A stretch of 63,874 nt of DNA, the filler included, from Blastocystis sp. subtype 4 (Eukaryota): the NCBI RefSeq assembly GCF_000743755.1. It is 4 parts of 4 records of this genome, joined end to end, with 100 filler letters (N's around TTAATTAATTAA, not from the genome) between each part and the next. Parts side by side here need not be neighbours in the genome. Positions count along the whole stretch, not along the records: positions 1 to 19,356 come from NW_014569288.1; positions 19,457 to 34,372 come from NW_014569287.1; 2 more parts are not named here. The stretch is one strand, 5' to 3'. Positions 11,955 to 26,383 of the stretch are shown here, piece by piece (within the stretch, counting starts at the first letter, position 1; every line of letters begins with the position of its first letter). The notes under the pieces were generated by a model, which ran no database searches, had not been told where the DNA came from, and was given only the letters and a program-made list of their open reading frames with translations. The translations under genes were made by a program, and so were the position numbers.

Positions 11955-13212
11955 ATGGGTTGTGTTTCTTCAGCCGTGTGGATTTCATGACTTTACTCAA
12001 TTGTAGCCAGATGCTGCGGAGAAGGAGGAGGTGGTAACTGAAGAAGTTGTTGCTCCTCAGACAGCACTGAAAGAAAGCCCGAAATTAACAGTGAATGATT
12101 TTGAACTATTGAAAACAATTGGAAAGGGATCCTTTGGAAAAGTGTTTGAAGTAATTCCAAACGAAAGCCTCTAATGTAGGTGCGAATGAAAGAAACCGGA
12201 AAAATCTATGCAATGAAAGTCATGAACAAAAATCAAATTATGGAGTAATCCAGAAACACGAATGTGAGGTATAGAAGACGTCAATATGAACATACTCTCG
12301 CAGAACGCAGAATCATGCAGGATATTTCTCATCCTTTTTTGGTCTGGTGGGTTTGAAATAGTATAATCATCTCTAGTCTTCGATATGCCTTTCAGTCGCA
12401 AACCAAATTGTATTTAGTAATGGACTTTTTTAATGGAGGAGAATTGTATCATTATCTCTCCATGGGACGGTTTTCCGAAGTAGGACTACGGGTGTCTGTA
12501 AACCGTAGAAACGTGCTTTATTTTATGCCGCAGAGATATCTTTAGGTATTGCTCATCTTCATAAGCACAATATAGTATATCGGTAGGCGTGAGGTTTGTC
12601 GGCTATCACAGAGATTTAAAACCAGAGAATTTGCTGTTAGATCCAGAAGGTCACATTCGCATTACTGACTTTGGTTTGTCAAAAGAAGATGTGGAGGGAG
12701 ATACGGTTCGTTCTCTCTGTGGAACTCCGGAGTATTTGGCTCCCGAAATTTTGAAGAAGCAGCCATATGGAAAGTGTGTCGATTGGTGGTCGTTGGGAAC
12801 TCTGATTTATGAAATGATCACTGGATTACCGCCATTCTACGATAATAATCGGAAGTTGATGTATCATAAGATCTTGAGTGCTCCTCTTCAGAAATCGCCT
12901 TACATGTCTCTTGAGGCCTTTGATTTATGCTCCAAGTTGTTAGAACGAGAGCCAACGAAGCGTCTGGGATATGGTGGGTATGAAGAGATTCAGAAGCATC
13001 CATGGTTCAAGGAGATTGATTGGGATGCTCTCTACCGGAAAGAAATGGAGCCACCGTATAAGCCATCTGTCAAAAGCGCAGAGTCAACAGAACATATCGA
13101 TGATGAGTTTGTCCTTGTCGTTCCTGCTGTTACTCCTACTCCTGTGAATGCTGTATTAACTGATCAGAATGCATTTGAGAATTTCTCATATGCCGAAGGT
13201 GTTAGTCATTAA
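11955..13212 (+). CDS. AGC-family Ser/Thr kinase (Akt/SGK/S6K-like) with N-terminal MGC acylation motif
   Basis: MGCVSSA exon, IGKGSFGKV, YRDLKPEN, ITDFGLSK, LCGTPEYLAPE and the hydrophobic motif FENFSY. Confidence 0.9.
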
Positions 13213-13360
13213 TGTACTTTATTGTGTTTGTTATTGGTACTTCCATTCATTTAAGAGGGGCAGCACTTCTGTACGAACATAGTTACTAGATCCGTGCCCA
13301 CCAGGTAACACCATTTTAACAAATACAAATGACGATTGTGTTGTCTAGCAAAAAGAAAAG

Positions 13361-13433
13361 TATCGGATGCGGGGATTGAACCCGCGACCTCTCGCGTGTG
13401 AAGCGAGCGTGATAGCCACTACACCAACCCGAC
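13361..13433 (-). tRNA. tRNA-Val(CAC)
   Basis: Minus strand GTCGGGTTGGTGTAGTGG...CTCGC-TTCACAC-GCGAG...GGTTCAATCC...ATCCGATA forms a cloverleaf; downstream T-run. Confidence 0.95.
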
Positions 13434-13598
13434 TTAAAAATACTCCTCTTCTATACTATAAAAAGTAAACATTTCAGTTATTATACACAAATGACTCCGT
13501 CTATCCTCTGGTATCAATGTATTCATCCCCAATTCCCTAATAAGTACTTCTTTTCTCCAAAATCGCTCACTGCAAAATGGCATTTGACTCCAGAGGAT

Positions 13599-16500
13599 AT
13601 GTCCCATGATACTGTCCAGTATCTAGATTCTCTTGGATTCTTCAACCCGAAGTCTATCATCTATTACATATCCTAGTTGATGGCAATCAAGATGCTATTC
13701 CTTAACAATGTAGTTTTCTCGTGTTGTTGCTCCATTCCGGGCAAATAAGGGAAATGAACTTTCAATCGATACAAACGATATTGTTGTAATTCGTACTGAA
13801 AGTATCCATGGATGGTGTTTTGCAGAAACTATGGATGGAAGAAAGGGATATATACCATTTACCTATATTTCTCCCTTCGTTCCTACGGAACCCTATGTTG
13901 GGGAATGGAAAAGACTTGAAAATCTACAAACTGTTAGTCACACACCAGTTCGTGCAATTAGGAGAGATTTGGTGATTACCCAACGACGCTCTCTTATGAG
14001 GTCTCAAAATATCAGTTCAGGCTACCGATCAGGGTAGTATTTTTTGGAAGAAGTTATTTCTAGATTGAGTCCTTTGCGTCAATCATTGTCCTTATTTAGG
14101 CGGTCCGAGTCATCTTCATCCTCATCTGAAAGTAGGATATGGGGTTGGTAGTAATGTTGTAGAATTAGAGTTATTGAAGAAGATGTTTGACCTATTTGCC
14201 GAGTGTTTGCTCAGTCAAGATTCTATTATTCCTAAAGATGTCGTAGGTAATTATTTTTGAATTCAGAAGAAGTGGTTCTTGAAAGCCCTTGAAATGTATC
14301 TCTTTGGTAGTCAACGACGAAATCAACGCAAAACCAATCCCTATTATGAACATCTCGTGAAGAAGCTGAATATCCGGAGAAAGAGTATTGCTTCATATCT
14401 GCCACTGCGTTTGTTTTGTTGACGTAATTCACAGTAGAATTGATGGGTGAACCAATTCTTCGTTCCAGTGAAGGGCTGTGCCAACCATCCTATGTGTTGA
14501 AACAGCATTCAAGTGAGTATGTGGCACGCAGATTACGCGTTCCATCTATTGCACAAGAGGCTATGTTGGTAGAAATGGCTGAAGGAACTGAAGAGTAGAT
14601 GTCTTCATCATTTCCTAGTCGAGAACGGAGTTCGCTTGAAACAATACTTGCCCAAACGGAGATGGAACAACCATCTGCCACATCTCCTCTTTCTGTGTCG
14701 GTATCAAAGCCATCTCACGTTTCCCTATTATCTTCTCCACTCTCCACATCATCTCTTCCTGTCGCTACATCGTCTCCTTCCATCTCCACATCATCTCCTC
14801 CTCTCTCTATGCAACCTTCCATTTCTGCTTCCTCCTCAAAACCACTCCCCCTTGCCACATCATCTGCTCATTTCTCTGTTCCTCTCTCCACTCCCCATCC
14901 CCCTCCATTCGTCTCACCTTCAACACAAGATATCCTTCTCAGTTCAACCTCTTCTCTACTCTCACCCACTCTAATTCATCGCTTCATTCCAAATCTCGAT
15001 GAATTCTATTTCATAGATTATGCTTCCATATACTTCCAGAGAGAGAAGGCACGTTTCTTTCGACATCTCTCTCTTGAAGATATGATTACCTATAGTCATC
15101 AAATTCCTCTTCGAACGCTCCATGATATCGATCGCAGTAAAGTCATGGATGTACTCGAGATGGAACGATGGCTCCTAGCTATTATGGAGGAGTATCCTCA
15201 TGAATCTTCTACTGATCGTTATGTTCACTGGGGTCATCTAACAGGAGACGACAAGGCTCTGCTTGCCTCCCTTCTTTACAAATTGGGCTCTTTACGAGAT
15301 GTTGTCGATGAAATATACTGCTTTCTTCTTAAGATGCTCAATGATAATCCCTCTCCCGATCGAGAACTCAAAGGATTTGAAGTTCTCTTTGTCTTAGCTC
15401 GTTGTACTCCTCCTTCAAATCACTTCTTCAATTATTGTCTTCGGTTCTGTTATAGTTTCTTAACCAATCGAGAGGAAGTAAGTGGTGTCAATTCATGTTC
15501 ACTCCTAGATTGCAGGTCTCGTCTTACATACACTATTTGCTCTCCTACAAGACTCCATGGATTCGAATGACTTGGTGACTTGTAGCAAGACTCTTATGCA
15601 AGCTCTCAATGAGATTGATCAGGTGGAAACCCATTCTCTTCCTGCCAAGTTTGTCTCTTCATCGATTACTGATATGCTTCTCGTCGAACAGGCTGCAGCC
15701 ATCCTTGTTCCTCATGGAATCTCAATGGAAGTGGAAGGAGCTTTCGGTGCTCCATCATCTCCTGAACGTTTTCCTTCCATTCTCCATTCATATGTAGGAA
15801 TCCTATACATTGTTGATGAACGACGTCTTCTGGAGCTCTTCCTCACAGGAGTCATCCTTCCTCTTCATCCATCAGACCGGAAATCCTTGAAAGAGAAGCA
15901 CATATGGCTCTCACCGACTCTCACTGCTCTGTGTTGGCAGAGTCGAAGTTCGGATAATCGTCTCCGTTCACTCCCTCTCTCCACTGTACTTGTAACTCCA
16001 TGTCCTCTCGGTCATATATTAGGATGTCAAGTTAGGAACATGGAACGAATCGCCTTGTCTGGTCTTATTTGCAACAGGAGAGATTCAACAGCTCACAATC
16101 GTGCTTCCTTGTGTTCCAGAAGCCACAAAGCTGCATATTTTCTTCACTCAATTAGTAGCTTGGTATCAAAAACGCAATGAAGTGGAATTGAGCCATCTCT
16201 CACCTGAAGAACGCGTAGATTCAGTTTTCCCAAGTAATCACTAGAGTACCTTTGATCAAATCACTTCGGCTCATCAACTTCTATCTTTCCATGCTCTTTC
16301 GCGAAAGCGACAGGGTGATTTCCTTCTCTTCTTCCATACTGCTCTCATCCAGTATCGTCAGTCCTTGCCAAAGCCGGAAGTGGTTCATCCAAAATCCACT
16401 CCTCTCATAGAGAAGTATCGAGGTCACTCTAATTGTTACCTGTAATATCTAGGACGCGTTCCTCTTGTACTGTTATTGCTGGCCCAACGATTAAAGGAGT

Positions 16501-17026
16501 TAGAAGCCTATGACTTGGAAGGTATTTTCCGCTTGGCATCAGAAGCAAAAGAGAAGCAGAGATATCTGAATTTGTTAGACAATGGCCACTATGAAGCTAT
16601 TGAACAAATGAAAGATGGTCATCTCGTTGCTGAAGTAATGAAACGACTCTTCTATTTGATGGAGGAACCTTTTATTCCTTATTCCATCTATCAGTCTCTT
16701 GTGGCCCAAGATTCTTTTGCAGAGGAAGACTGTAAGCGAGTCTTAGACCAATTGAGTGAGGAGAAAGCAGCTACAATGCATTTCATTATGAATCTAACTG
16801 CGGTGTATCGATTACATTCAAAGAATTGTATGTCATTGGATGGTTTTGCAGTTTGTTGGGGTCCTTCGTTAATGCGATCGTATTTCTTGATTTGAACCAC
16901 TTACAACTAGAAAGGATCTTAGTGATTATATAGTAGTAAAAAAAGAAAGTGCCAAGGTACAAGCATTCTTGCATACCTTGTTCTTGTATGGATGTAAGGA
17001 GACAGTTGAGAAAGGTTTGTTTGATT
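13599..17026 (+). CDS. SH3 - Ser/Pro-rich - MyTH4 - PH-like - RhoGAP multidomain protein
   Basis: SH3 (VVAPFRANKGNELSIDTNDIVV...GWCFAETMDGRKGYIPFTYI), MyTH4-like (VVDEIYCFLLKMLNDNPS...TPPS), RhoGAP (EGIFRLAS, NCMSLDGFAVCWGPSLMR). Many short introns; a single gene is inferred. Confidence 0.7.
13668..13713 (+). other. Candidate U12-type (minor) intron with AT-AG termini
   Basis: 5' ATATCCTA, perfect branch TTCCTTAAC at 13698-13706, 3' TAG. Removal joins YY to FSRVVAPF in frame with the SH3 domain and removes an in-frame TAG. Confidence 0.7.
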
Positions 17027-17076
17027 GGAATGTTTATTCTACAATATTGGATTTAAGAAAACACATTGAAATATGA

Positions 17077-18763
17077 CTACGCACTAGTAGGCTTGATAGC
17101 CATGGGCTTCAAGCTTTCTTCTGTTGTCTCCACTGTAGCCACTTGAACACTTCCTTCGTTACCAGGGGCTTGCAGTGTAGTATCCTGCTCCTGCATGACA
17201 TACTCTTCAGTATCCTGACGCTCATCTGTAGACACCTGAACATGGTAAGCATAAGCCAAAGAACGCTCATTAGGTGCCCACAAGTACTATTCCTTATTTC
17301 TATCCTCCAATAATTACCATAATAACAATAATAACAGCAAGATAGAAGGTAGTCCATACACCTTCATTGAAGAACCATTGATACTTCCAGAGAGTATCAA
17401 CCTTCTTCTCCACAATCAAATAAGAGAATGCAATATTGTAGATAGTCGAAATAATGACAGCAACAATGATCATATTACGAAGACTTAAGAAGACATCCAA
17501 CTTTCCAGTCTGTTTTTTATCCTCCAGCTCCTGAATAGTATCCAACAGACTCTGCAGGATCCAGAAGTAAATGATCGAGTCCAGAGCGGAAGCTGGAATG
17601 ATTCTCCAGAGATTCGCCGTAGTAGTGGTAGAGAAGGTTGTGCTGATGGAATCCCACAGAGAGAAGCAGAAGTATACAATACCCATAAGAATGATCTTCC
17701 ACAGGGAACCAGCAAGGGAAGCTTTCGAAACACCCAGTCTACCCATCATTCATCTCTTTCATATTTTACCCCATGGCAACCATAATGGTCAAGCAACGAG
17801 CTACGGTGTGTGTAGCCGCCGTAGTTGTGAGCGAGAAGATCGTGATTCCAGGAGTATAGGTACCTTCCGAGTTGTAGTCCAGCAGATTGATCAGTTTCAC
17901 AATAGTATCGAATAAAAAGACACCCAGCACCACAGTAATCATCACATGCACACTCATCAGCTCCTTACGATATGAACAGCAGCGGGAGATCCATACAACC
18001 ATCAGAATGGTGTATGCGAAAAGAACGAACTTAGTGAAGGGAAGAACACCATACATACGAGCAGGAATGTGACCATAAGGATTCATTACAATTGCAGTTC
18101 CATTGAGCATCACATTCTGCGTATCGGGATCGCACATTCCGATCAGCAACCAGTACTTGCCTTCCTTAGGAACATCATAGTGAAGGACAATACTCTGCTT
18201 CTCACCACTATTCATTATTAAATCCTCCTCACACTCACTTGAAGGTAACCTCTTTCACAGCATACATATTCTCTGTCTTGTTGGTAATCCAAAGTCGATT
18301 GTGGTCATCGCACTCATGATTCTAAGGTGAATTCGACCAACTACCCATACATCAAAAGCCTGATCATCACAGCAGAAATAATGAACTCCATCCTCATCGA
18401 CACCAATACTATTAAAAACATCATCCGAGGCTACCATAACCTAACCCTTAACCGAAATCAACAAACAGACCTCAACAATAGCTCTAGCAGGGTCTGATGC
18501 ATTTGCCTTCGTTACGTCGAATGCCAGTTCGATGTAATTGTCACCTTCTCTAAACATTAATATACTGACACATCCACGTACGAAACTACAGGAGTAGTCG
18601 TATTATCAAACATATATTGCACCTGCTTCACCAACGTGGCATTCGAAATGATGATAGGGTCGTACTTAATCACCACGGCCGAAACAATAAAAGGGAGGAA
18701 AAGAAGGCTCTAGGGAGTTACAAATCGTTCCAAGCAACAAACTAGAGCAGAAGTCACTTTCAT
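17077..18763 (-). CDS. TMEM87/GPR107-like (GOST, lung seven-TM receptor family) protein
   Basis: Signal-peptide start, MNPYGHIPA, ARCLTIMVAMG, IYFWILQSL..T...L...KQTGKL, LWKYQWF and LWAPNERS. Confidence 0.85.
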
Positions 18764-19200
18764 TTCGTGATTTTGTATGAAGCCAGGTCCATTCGATAAA
18801 TACAAAGGCCGCGGGAATATCCCTATTAACTTCAGTTCATTTAACTCCTTCTATTTTTCTTTTCTTCTCTGTGCTTATTTTTATTATTTCTGTAGAGTTA
18901 AGAAATGAGATTCTTTGGATTGTCGTGTGAAGGGATGTTTTGAATCCCTTTTGTTTGTAGTGTCCACTAAGCCAAACCTATCCGTATCTATAACCTGTTG
19001 TATTCATTGTCCATGCGTCGTTTCGTTTGACAATCCTTTTTCATACCTGTTCTATTCATAGGATATTTCCTTTTCGCACTTTTTTGCATTTTCGTCATTA
19101 GTACACACAAACCTGAATTCACGCTATTGTTCCAGTCAATTCCATTTCTCTATAACTCCAGATTATTTGTTCATACTAATTCAATCCTCAATCTTGCAAG

Positions 19201-19356
19201 ATGATTTCCCAGTTCTTCATTCTATCAGACAGAGGAGATAGAATTATTCTCAAGGACTGTGAGTGGTTTTGGTGACTGATGAGTACTAGTCCGTTTTGAT
19301 ACTCCTATCACCTCCTGTGAGAAGTTCCTTCGTGTTGTGCGTTCCTGGCCCAACGG
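19201..19356 (+). CDS. AP4M1: AP-4 complex mu subunit, 5' fragment cut by gap
   Basis: Spliced MISQFFILSDRGDRIILKDFRFD..., typical AP-4 mu N-terminus. Confidence 0.75.
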
Positions 19357-19456
19357 NNNNNNNNNNNNNNNNNNNNNNNNNNNNNNNNNNNNNNNNNNNN
19401 TTAATTAATTAANNNNNNNNNNNNNNNNNNNNNNNNNNNNNNNNNNNNNNNNNNNN
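19357..19456. other. Artificial contig spacer N44-TTAATTAATTAA-N44
   Basis: 100-nt spacer with a six-frame stop linker; unrelated genes on each side. Confidence 0.95.
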
Positions 19457-19559
19457 ACGAAGTTCATCAGTAGCATTGTGTGTTTTGAGATGGAAAATGA
19501 TGGAATAGGCTGAGAAGAAGATCAAGGCTGCTGGAGGTGCCTGCATCCTCACTGCATAA
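19457..19559 (+). CDS. RPL27A: 60S ribosomal protein L27a (uL15), 3' fragment
   Basis: Spliced TKFISSI-AEKKIKAAGGACILTA*. Confidence 0.85.
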
Positions 19560-19708
19560 GCGAAATGAGTTGGTGTCATCGATTTTTCCTTTTGTTTGTT
19601 GTGATTTAGTCCACAGGAGTTCGTGTTGTAACTTAAGTATTAGTGTCGTTCGAAATGGGAAAAAAACAGAAACGTAATACTCCTTCTAATAGTGAAGATC
19701 CTGAGACT

Positions 19709-20596
<888 letters not shown>

Positions 20597-20634
20597 GTTT
20601 GATAGTTTTGAGGATCTTGTTTGTACCAAACACA

Positions 20635-23600
20635 CTATGATCGTGTTACTTTCCGTTTCGCTTGACCTTGTTTACATTGATTTGCGGTTGAAGCAAAGTT
20701 CAATGAACACAAACTTTCTTGAGCTGACTCCATAATCGGACTAAGATTCACAAACATCAATGTTTTTCCTTCACGCGATAGACAATCTTTTAGCAACATT
20801 GTCAGTTTCGTATCACGGAAATTCACATGCGAACTGTTCTTACGAATGTTGATAAACACGTTACTAAGAGCACTCAATGATCGATTTATGAACTTGGCTT
20901 CTTCTAGTGCCTCTCCTGTTGAATGTGACTTATCTAAACGTTCACTTCCAGCTAGATCCACAAGATTCAACCTTCCTTCAATATGAATGTTCTTGACTTG
21001 ATTCACTCCATGAAGATAACTACTCATCACTCAGTCCATTCATAATCACATTGTAAAGATTACATGACTACGAGAAGAACAATCATTCATATCCGTTGTC
21101 TACGAATCATTTATCATCCAGATATTTACGCCCACAGCTCGACATGAAGATGCAATACTCATTAAGCTGTGAATATGTCCTGGAGTCTCAACTGCCAGCT
21201 TGGTTACATTAGGAATGTATGGATGACCTTCTCCGTCTAATTTCACATCCAATCTTCCTCGTTTCACAGGTTCTCGTATCAGCAAATCTCGTAAAAGTTC
21301 TCGATATATCTCCACAAATGAAACGCTCACAGAATATTCCCAGCCCACTTCACGAAGTCGATTCACATCCTCCATAATCTTCTCGATACTGCGAGGAACA
21401 ATCCCTCGACATTCGCCATCGCCTACTCCTTGCATTGTGAACGTCTTTCCTGATCCTGTCTGCCCATAAGTGAACAAGCACACATTGTATCCATCGAGAG
21501 CTGACTGAACGAAGTTACTCACTTCATCAAATACATCACTCTGACTGGATGTGAAACCAAAAGCACCATCAAATGTAAATCGCTGAATCCGTTCCTTATA
21601 CCGTACACACACTGCATCATCTCCTTCTGTCCAGACAGCAGGTTCCAGACTGCTTGTATTTTCATTCTCCAGAATCGGTCGTACGCGTGCTATAACACGT
21701 AAGTTCCCTCGGAGTTCTTGAAGTGTGTTGTGAAGACGACGTCGTATGATCTCTCCCTCAGTGGCTCTTGCTTCAAGAGAACGAATTGTAGCTTCGCGTT
21801 CTTCGAGCTGTTTCTTCTTCGCCTCTCGTTCATCCAATTTTGCGTGAAGACTTGTCAGATACTCTTGAAGCTCATGCACTGTTGTAAGATAAGCTTGTTC
21901 CTCCGCAGTACTTGTATGATGGAGCTCTTCCACATCTTGTTGAAGTTGAAGATTTGATTGATGAAGTCGACTATTATCTTCTTGTAACATGGCTATGGTG
22001 AGGTCAGAATAAGGACGAGATAATTCATCACATATCAGTCACAACACACATCATTCCATCACCTACCAATCCGAGCTAGTTTCTCTTGTTTCTCCTTTCT
22101 CCATTGACTTGCTCCATCTCGAAGAAGACTCTATATGTTATTCGTATATCTCTTCCTAACCTCTTGTTCCTGTAATCGAATCAATAACTGCTTCTTCTCA
22201 CTTCGATATAGTTCTGCTTGATCCTCCAGATCCTGCTTCAGTAGTTTCTACCATCGTATCCCATTCCATCTCCTTACAAGCTTACGAGTCCGATCCTCTA
22301 CAGCTAGTCTTGCTGCTGTTACTTCTCGTTTCTTTTGTTCCACAACCTCTTTACGAGATACATTGTAGGCCTGTTTCTTCTTCAATTCATTTGATAACTG
22401 TACCTGTTCGGAGTCCAATTCTAGGATAAACTCTCATAGTCATATTCACTCTCATTTTGCTTCTGCTTCTCTTGGATTTGTTTGCGTATGATTTCCACTT
22501 CAGCCTCCAGACGTGTTACCTGAACGAGTTCCTCACGATAACTTGTCTCATATCCGGAAATTGCTTCTTTCAACTCCTTAAGTTCTGATTCACTTGTCAT
22601 CTGCTTTTGCTGCATTCCCGTGACTAACATCCTTCGTGTCTCATCACTACGCTGAAGTTCTTCCTTTTTCCTTTCGATCTCTTCTTTCATCTTCTGAAGC
22701 TTATTACTCTTGTCCTGTCTACTCTTCATAGAATCATTTATCTCTACTGTATTTTCATCACCTCTGCTTCGTGACTCTTGGTGGTATCGCATATCTCACT
22801 TGCCTGCTTCTTCTCCTCCTCCAATTCATTCTGAGAAGTTACTAATTCAGTCTCTCTTTTCATGAATTCATTTTCTATACATCATCCCTAAGAGCTTCAC
22901 GGACTCTCTGACTCCTGGGTGATCTTCAATGCCTTCAAATCCCGTATCAAGACCATTTCTTGCTGTTCTGCATCGGCCAGAAGGAGATCCCATTTCGTCT
23001 TCACTTCATTCTCGCGTCTGGCTCGTTCTGACATCAATGCTTTTTGCTTCTCGTCCAATTCTGATATCTATTTCTCACTCCATGAAGTGAAGTCAACCTG
23101 TTTCTGTAACTCTACGACAGATGTCCGAAGTCTTGATAATGATTCATTTAACTCTTCACTCTTTTTCGCTACAACATCAATAGAGGCTTTTCCTTCTGTC
23201 AGAACTTCATCTAAGTGAGTTGTCTTATTGTCATCATATTATTTCTATCTCTACTTCATTCTGAAGGATTCCAACCTCCTCCTTATATTGCATGTAAACA
23301 GTATTCAGAGCACTTACCTCTTCAATCATTTGTATATTCTTAACCTCCAGTTTCACCTGTTCTTTCTCCCTCACTTCACGGTTATGACGAACACATAGAA
23401 TGTAACAGATAAAACTCCGTTCAATTGATTCCACATCCCGAACACATTGGACACATTGAATAAGAACATCACGTAACACTTTGTGAACATTCTCGACAAT
23501 TGCATCCAATTCCGCAATTCGCTCTTTGAGCTTCGTTACAGGATTACGAACTTTCATTACTGCGGTTGCTCTACAGGTTTCCTCAATCTCTTGAAGACAA

Positions 23601-24358
23601 CTAATGCGATTACTCAATGCACCCCTCTCTGGCTGTGACGTCAGTTCCACTAGGCTATCACTCTGTAATTTCTGTTGAAGATCTAGAGGAATTGGAGGTT
23701 CTTCCTCTTCTTGAATCGGTTGTTGAGGAGTGGGGAGCATGTGAGGTGTTTGCTGCTGAGAGTTGGATGCAGAAGACTGCAAATGAGGAGACGTAGGGTT
23801 GTGAGAAGAACGATGTTGAAGAACTGGTGATCGGTACGAAATCGATGACCGAGAACCCGATGACCATTGATTCATCGTTGGAGATGAAGGGTTCATAGCT
23901 TGAGAAGGAGAATGAAGAGAATATGTAGCAGATGTCCGATGTGCTAGTGGAGATGCTGGAATTCTTGTTCGTGTTGGAGTTGCCACTGAAGATTGAGTTT
24001 TCACAAGAGACGGAGAGTGATATGCTTTGACCGAAGGAGATTGATCAACTGTCCGATCTCGCTTCGCAATGTATCGTAAACCCTTGGAATTGGGTGTTGG
24101 ACCAGAAGTATTTGAAACCGAATCACTTGTTCGTTTTTGATTCTGTAATCCCGATGCATTATTAGTTTCCATTCCCATTATCCGACTCTTCTCTGGAGTT
24201 TTCAACACACTGTTTCGTGAACTTGTTGACGGTTGCCGATTTCGGCTGGGAGTGGAGGAACCAGAAGGAATTTCACACAGTGGCCTCCAACCAAATCGTT
24301 TTATAGGCTGAGTTTGTTCCGAACTCTGTCTGTCAGAACTGTCTCCATGGGAATCCAT
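20635..24358 (-). CDS. Kinesin-14 (C-terminal motor, KIFC1/Kar3-like)
   Basis: Disordered N-terminus, long coiled coil, neck RRRLHNTLQELRGNLRVIARVRP, YGQTGSGKTFTM, SSRSH and LVDLAGSER. Confidence 0.9.
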
Positions 24359-24451
24359 CGTTCTATTCAATGATCTAAAAGTGAGAGAGGATTTGAAATT
24401 CAAAACTTCGATAGAATTCACGATTCCTCTTCTAAATAATGATCCATTGTC

Positions 24452-24459
24452 AACAAACA
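24452..24459 (-). promoter_or_regulatory. GU-rich polyadenylation element TGTTTGTT
   Basis: Exact motif 4 nt after the T of the TGA stop of the prenyltransferase gene. Confidence 0.7.
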
Positions 24460-24461
24460 CG

Positions 24462-25595
24462 TCAAAGAGTCTGCAAAAACTGCTTGTCATTATTTAGTCT
24501 CTGCTCCATGTTCTTCCAATATGCACTGCGAGTCCTGTCTTCCTGTTCCAATTCCTGACAATACTACGTCATAACAAATCAAAAAATAGGTACAGTAATT
24601 CCTTCTTCAATCTTTGGAATGCTAAAACATGTCATATTGTAACGAATCAGGAAATCACGAATGGGGACATTGTGTGGATCCTTTTTCTACATTGAAAGAG
24701 ACATGAATCATTACTAATAACTGCTTTACTTCATATTCAAGGTCATTGTAACAATATCCATGATAATGGCGAATCAAACTATATCAACATATTACATATA
24801 TTCGTACCCATAAAGATAGTTCCAAGCGGCTTCATTGTGCGGAGCTATATTCAGTTGCTGTATCACATAGTCTAATTCGTGTTCAAGATCCTCTGTTCCT
24901 GGCTACGACTAATCCAATCAGGATACTAAGTACATGAATATGAGTATATACATAAAACCGATGTGACCATGCACTGTTGTTGAAAACATCCTCTTGAATG
25001 TATTCTACATTAAAATCCAATCTAACCCATACTATCTGTATATTCAAGCTCACCGTCGTATAAATCGAAACGCTGAACAACCCAGATGCGATGACTCCAA
25101 CTATGGATATTCTTGTTGTCTTCGGAAATATAACTATCGCAGTAGTCTTTTTCATTCTGATATACACCCGAATACTCAACAAGGAACTTGCGGTACATCC
25201 AGGTTTGATAACACTTCTCATTCAAATCACGGACACGATCCAGAAACTTCCATTCATAGTCTAAGTCTACTTTCATCTTCAATACACACTTTTGCCGAGT
25301 AACCCTATTCTCGACAATTCAACGCTATCGTACCATGCTGAAACGAATGTAGAGTTCATGATAATAACTTTTTCGGTCAAATCAAAGACCCGTTTGCTAA
25401 TCTCTCCGCTCTCAATACATGCACGCAAATATCCAACTGCAACTTCAACTAGGATCAATAGAATTCATTATATCTACAATATGGAGGAAGTCGGGTAATA
25501 CAGATCCCATCAGGTACAATCACGGTGGGAATCGGTGTGATATCCGAAAACACTTTCTTCAGTTCCTCCGTCTCATTTACCTCTGAATCACTCAT
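24462..25595 (-). CDS. FNTA: Protein farnesyl/geranylgeranyltransferase alpha subunit
   Basis: PPTA repeats KCYQTWMYR, EDNKNIHSWSHRIWVV, EDVFNNSAWSHR, PHNEAAWNYL and C-terminal DRTRSAYW. Confidence 0.85.
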
Positions 25596-25654
25596 ATCGT
25601 ATGAATAACGAAACAGTAAACACCATAGAAAACAATATATTCAGAGTGAGTACT

Positions 25655-26199
25655 TTAAGGAATGGGCTTGATCTTGAAGTGGAGCGAGATGATGGAAATG
25701 ACTAGACACTTCAAATCCTGTACCAAATAATAGAATGCACGGAGTCCATCGGGATCAGCACTTTTCTGGATATCCACCATCGTGTTAATGGTTGAGCACT
25801 ATACAACATGAATAGAGAGAAGAGAACCTACCGTAAAGAAGATATGCTTGTTGTCTAGAAGAATTTCAAGTTCCTGACGTCCATCCGTATTGGGTTCAGG
25901 CCACTTCGAGTCATCTTCCTCTACGATCTCGCTCTTTGATACAATTCGCTTTACTTCTTCCATTACTGCAGGAGAAACCTTAACTAGGAGTAAAAACATC
26001 TTCTTCAACCAAAACCTTCCTTGCGAATAATTACATCATTCTTGTAGTTTGAATTGTTAGCATATCTCAATGTACCGTCAGCAAGGAATTCAAACTCCAT
26101 AAACTCGTGACCATACTTGCCTTTGTGGCCCACGCTAACAGTTAGTCTTATGCTATCCAATTGGTACTAGTATCGAATCTGGAACTTATTTTCAGACAT
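25655..26199 (-). CDS. MAGO: Mago nashi (exon junction complex)
   Basis: [49 protein letters not shown] and [10 protein letters not shown]. Confidence 0.95.
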
Positions 26200-26383
26200 T
26201 GGAGGCTGTTTTCTGCCTTTTCACTTGAATTGTCAACAATCACGGGAATTGAAGAGTACCTATATCATGCAACCAGGTCGTTTGGGTTGTAAATCGTGAC
26301 TTGGTAATGAATACAATCCGTTTCATAGACCAGTAGCTTTGCCGTACGATAGTTCTATCTCATTATTGTTTTGTATCCACCGA

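Noticed and set aside
19401..19412. Palindromic TTAATTAATTAA as a biological element
   Set aside because: It is centred in N-runs three times identically, so it is a synthetic six-frame stop linker.
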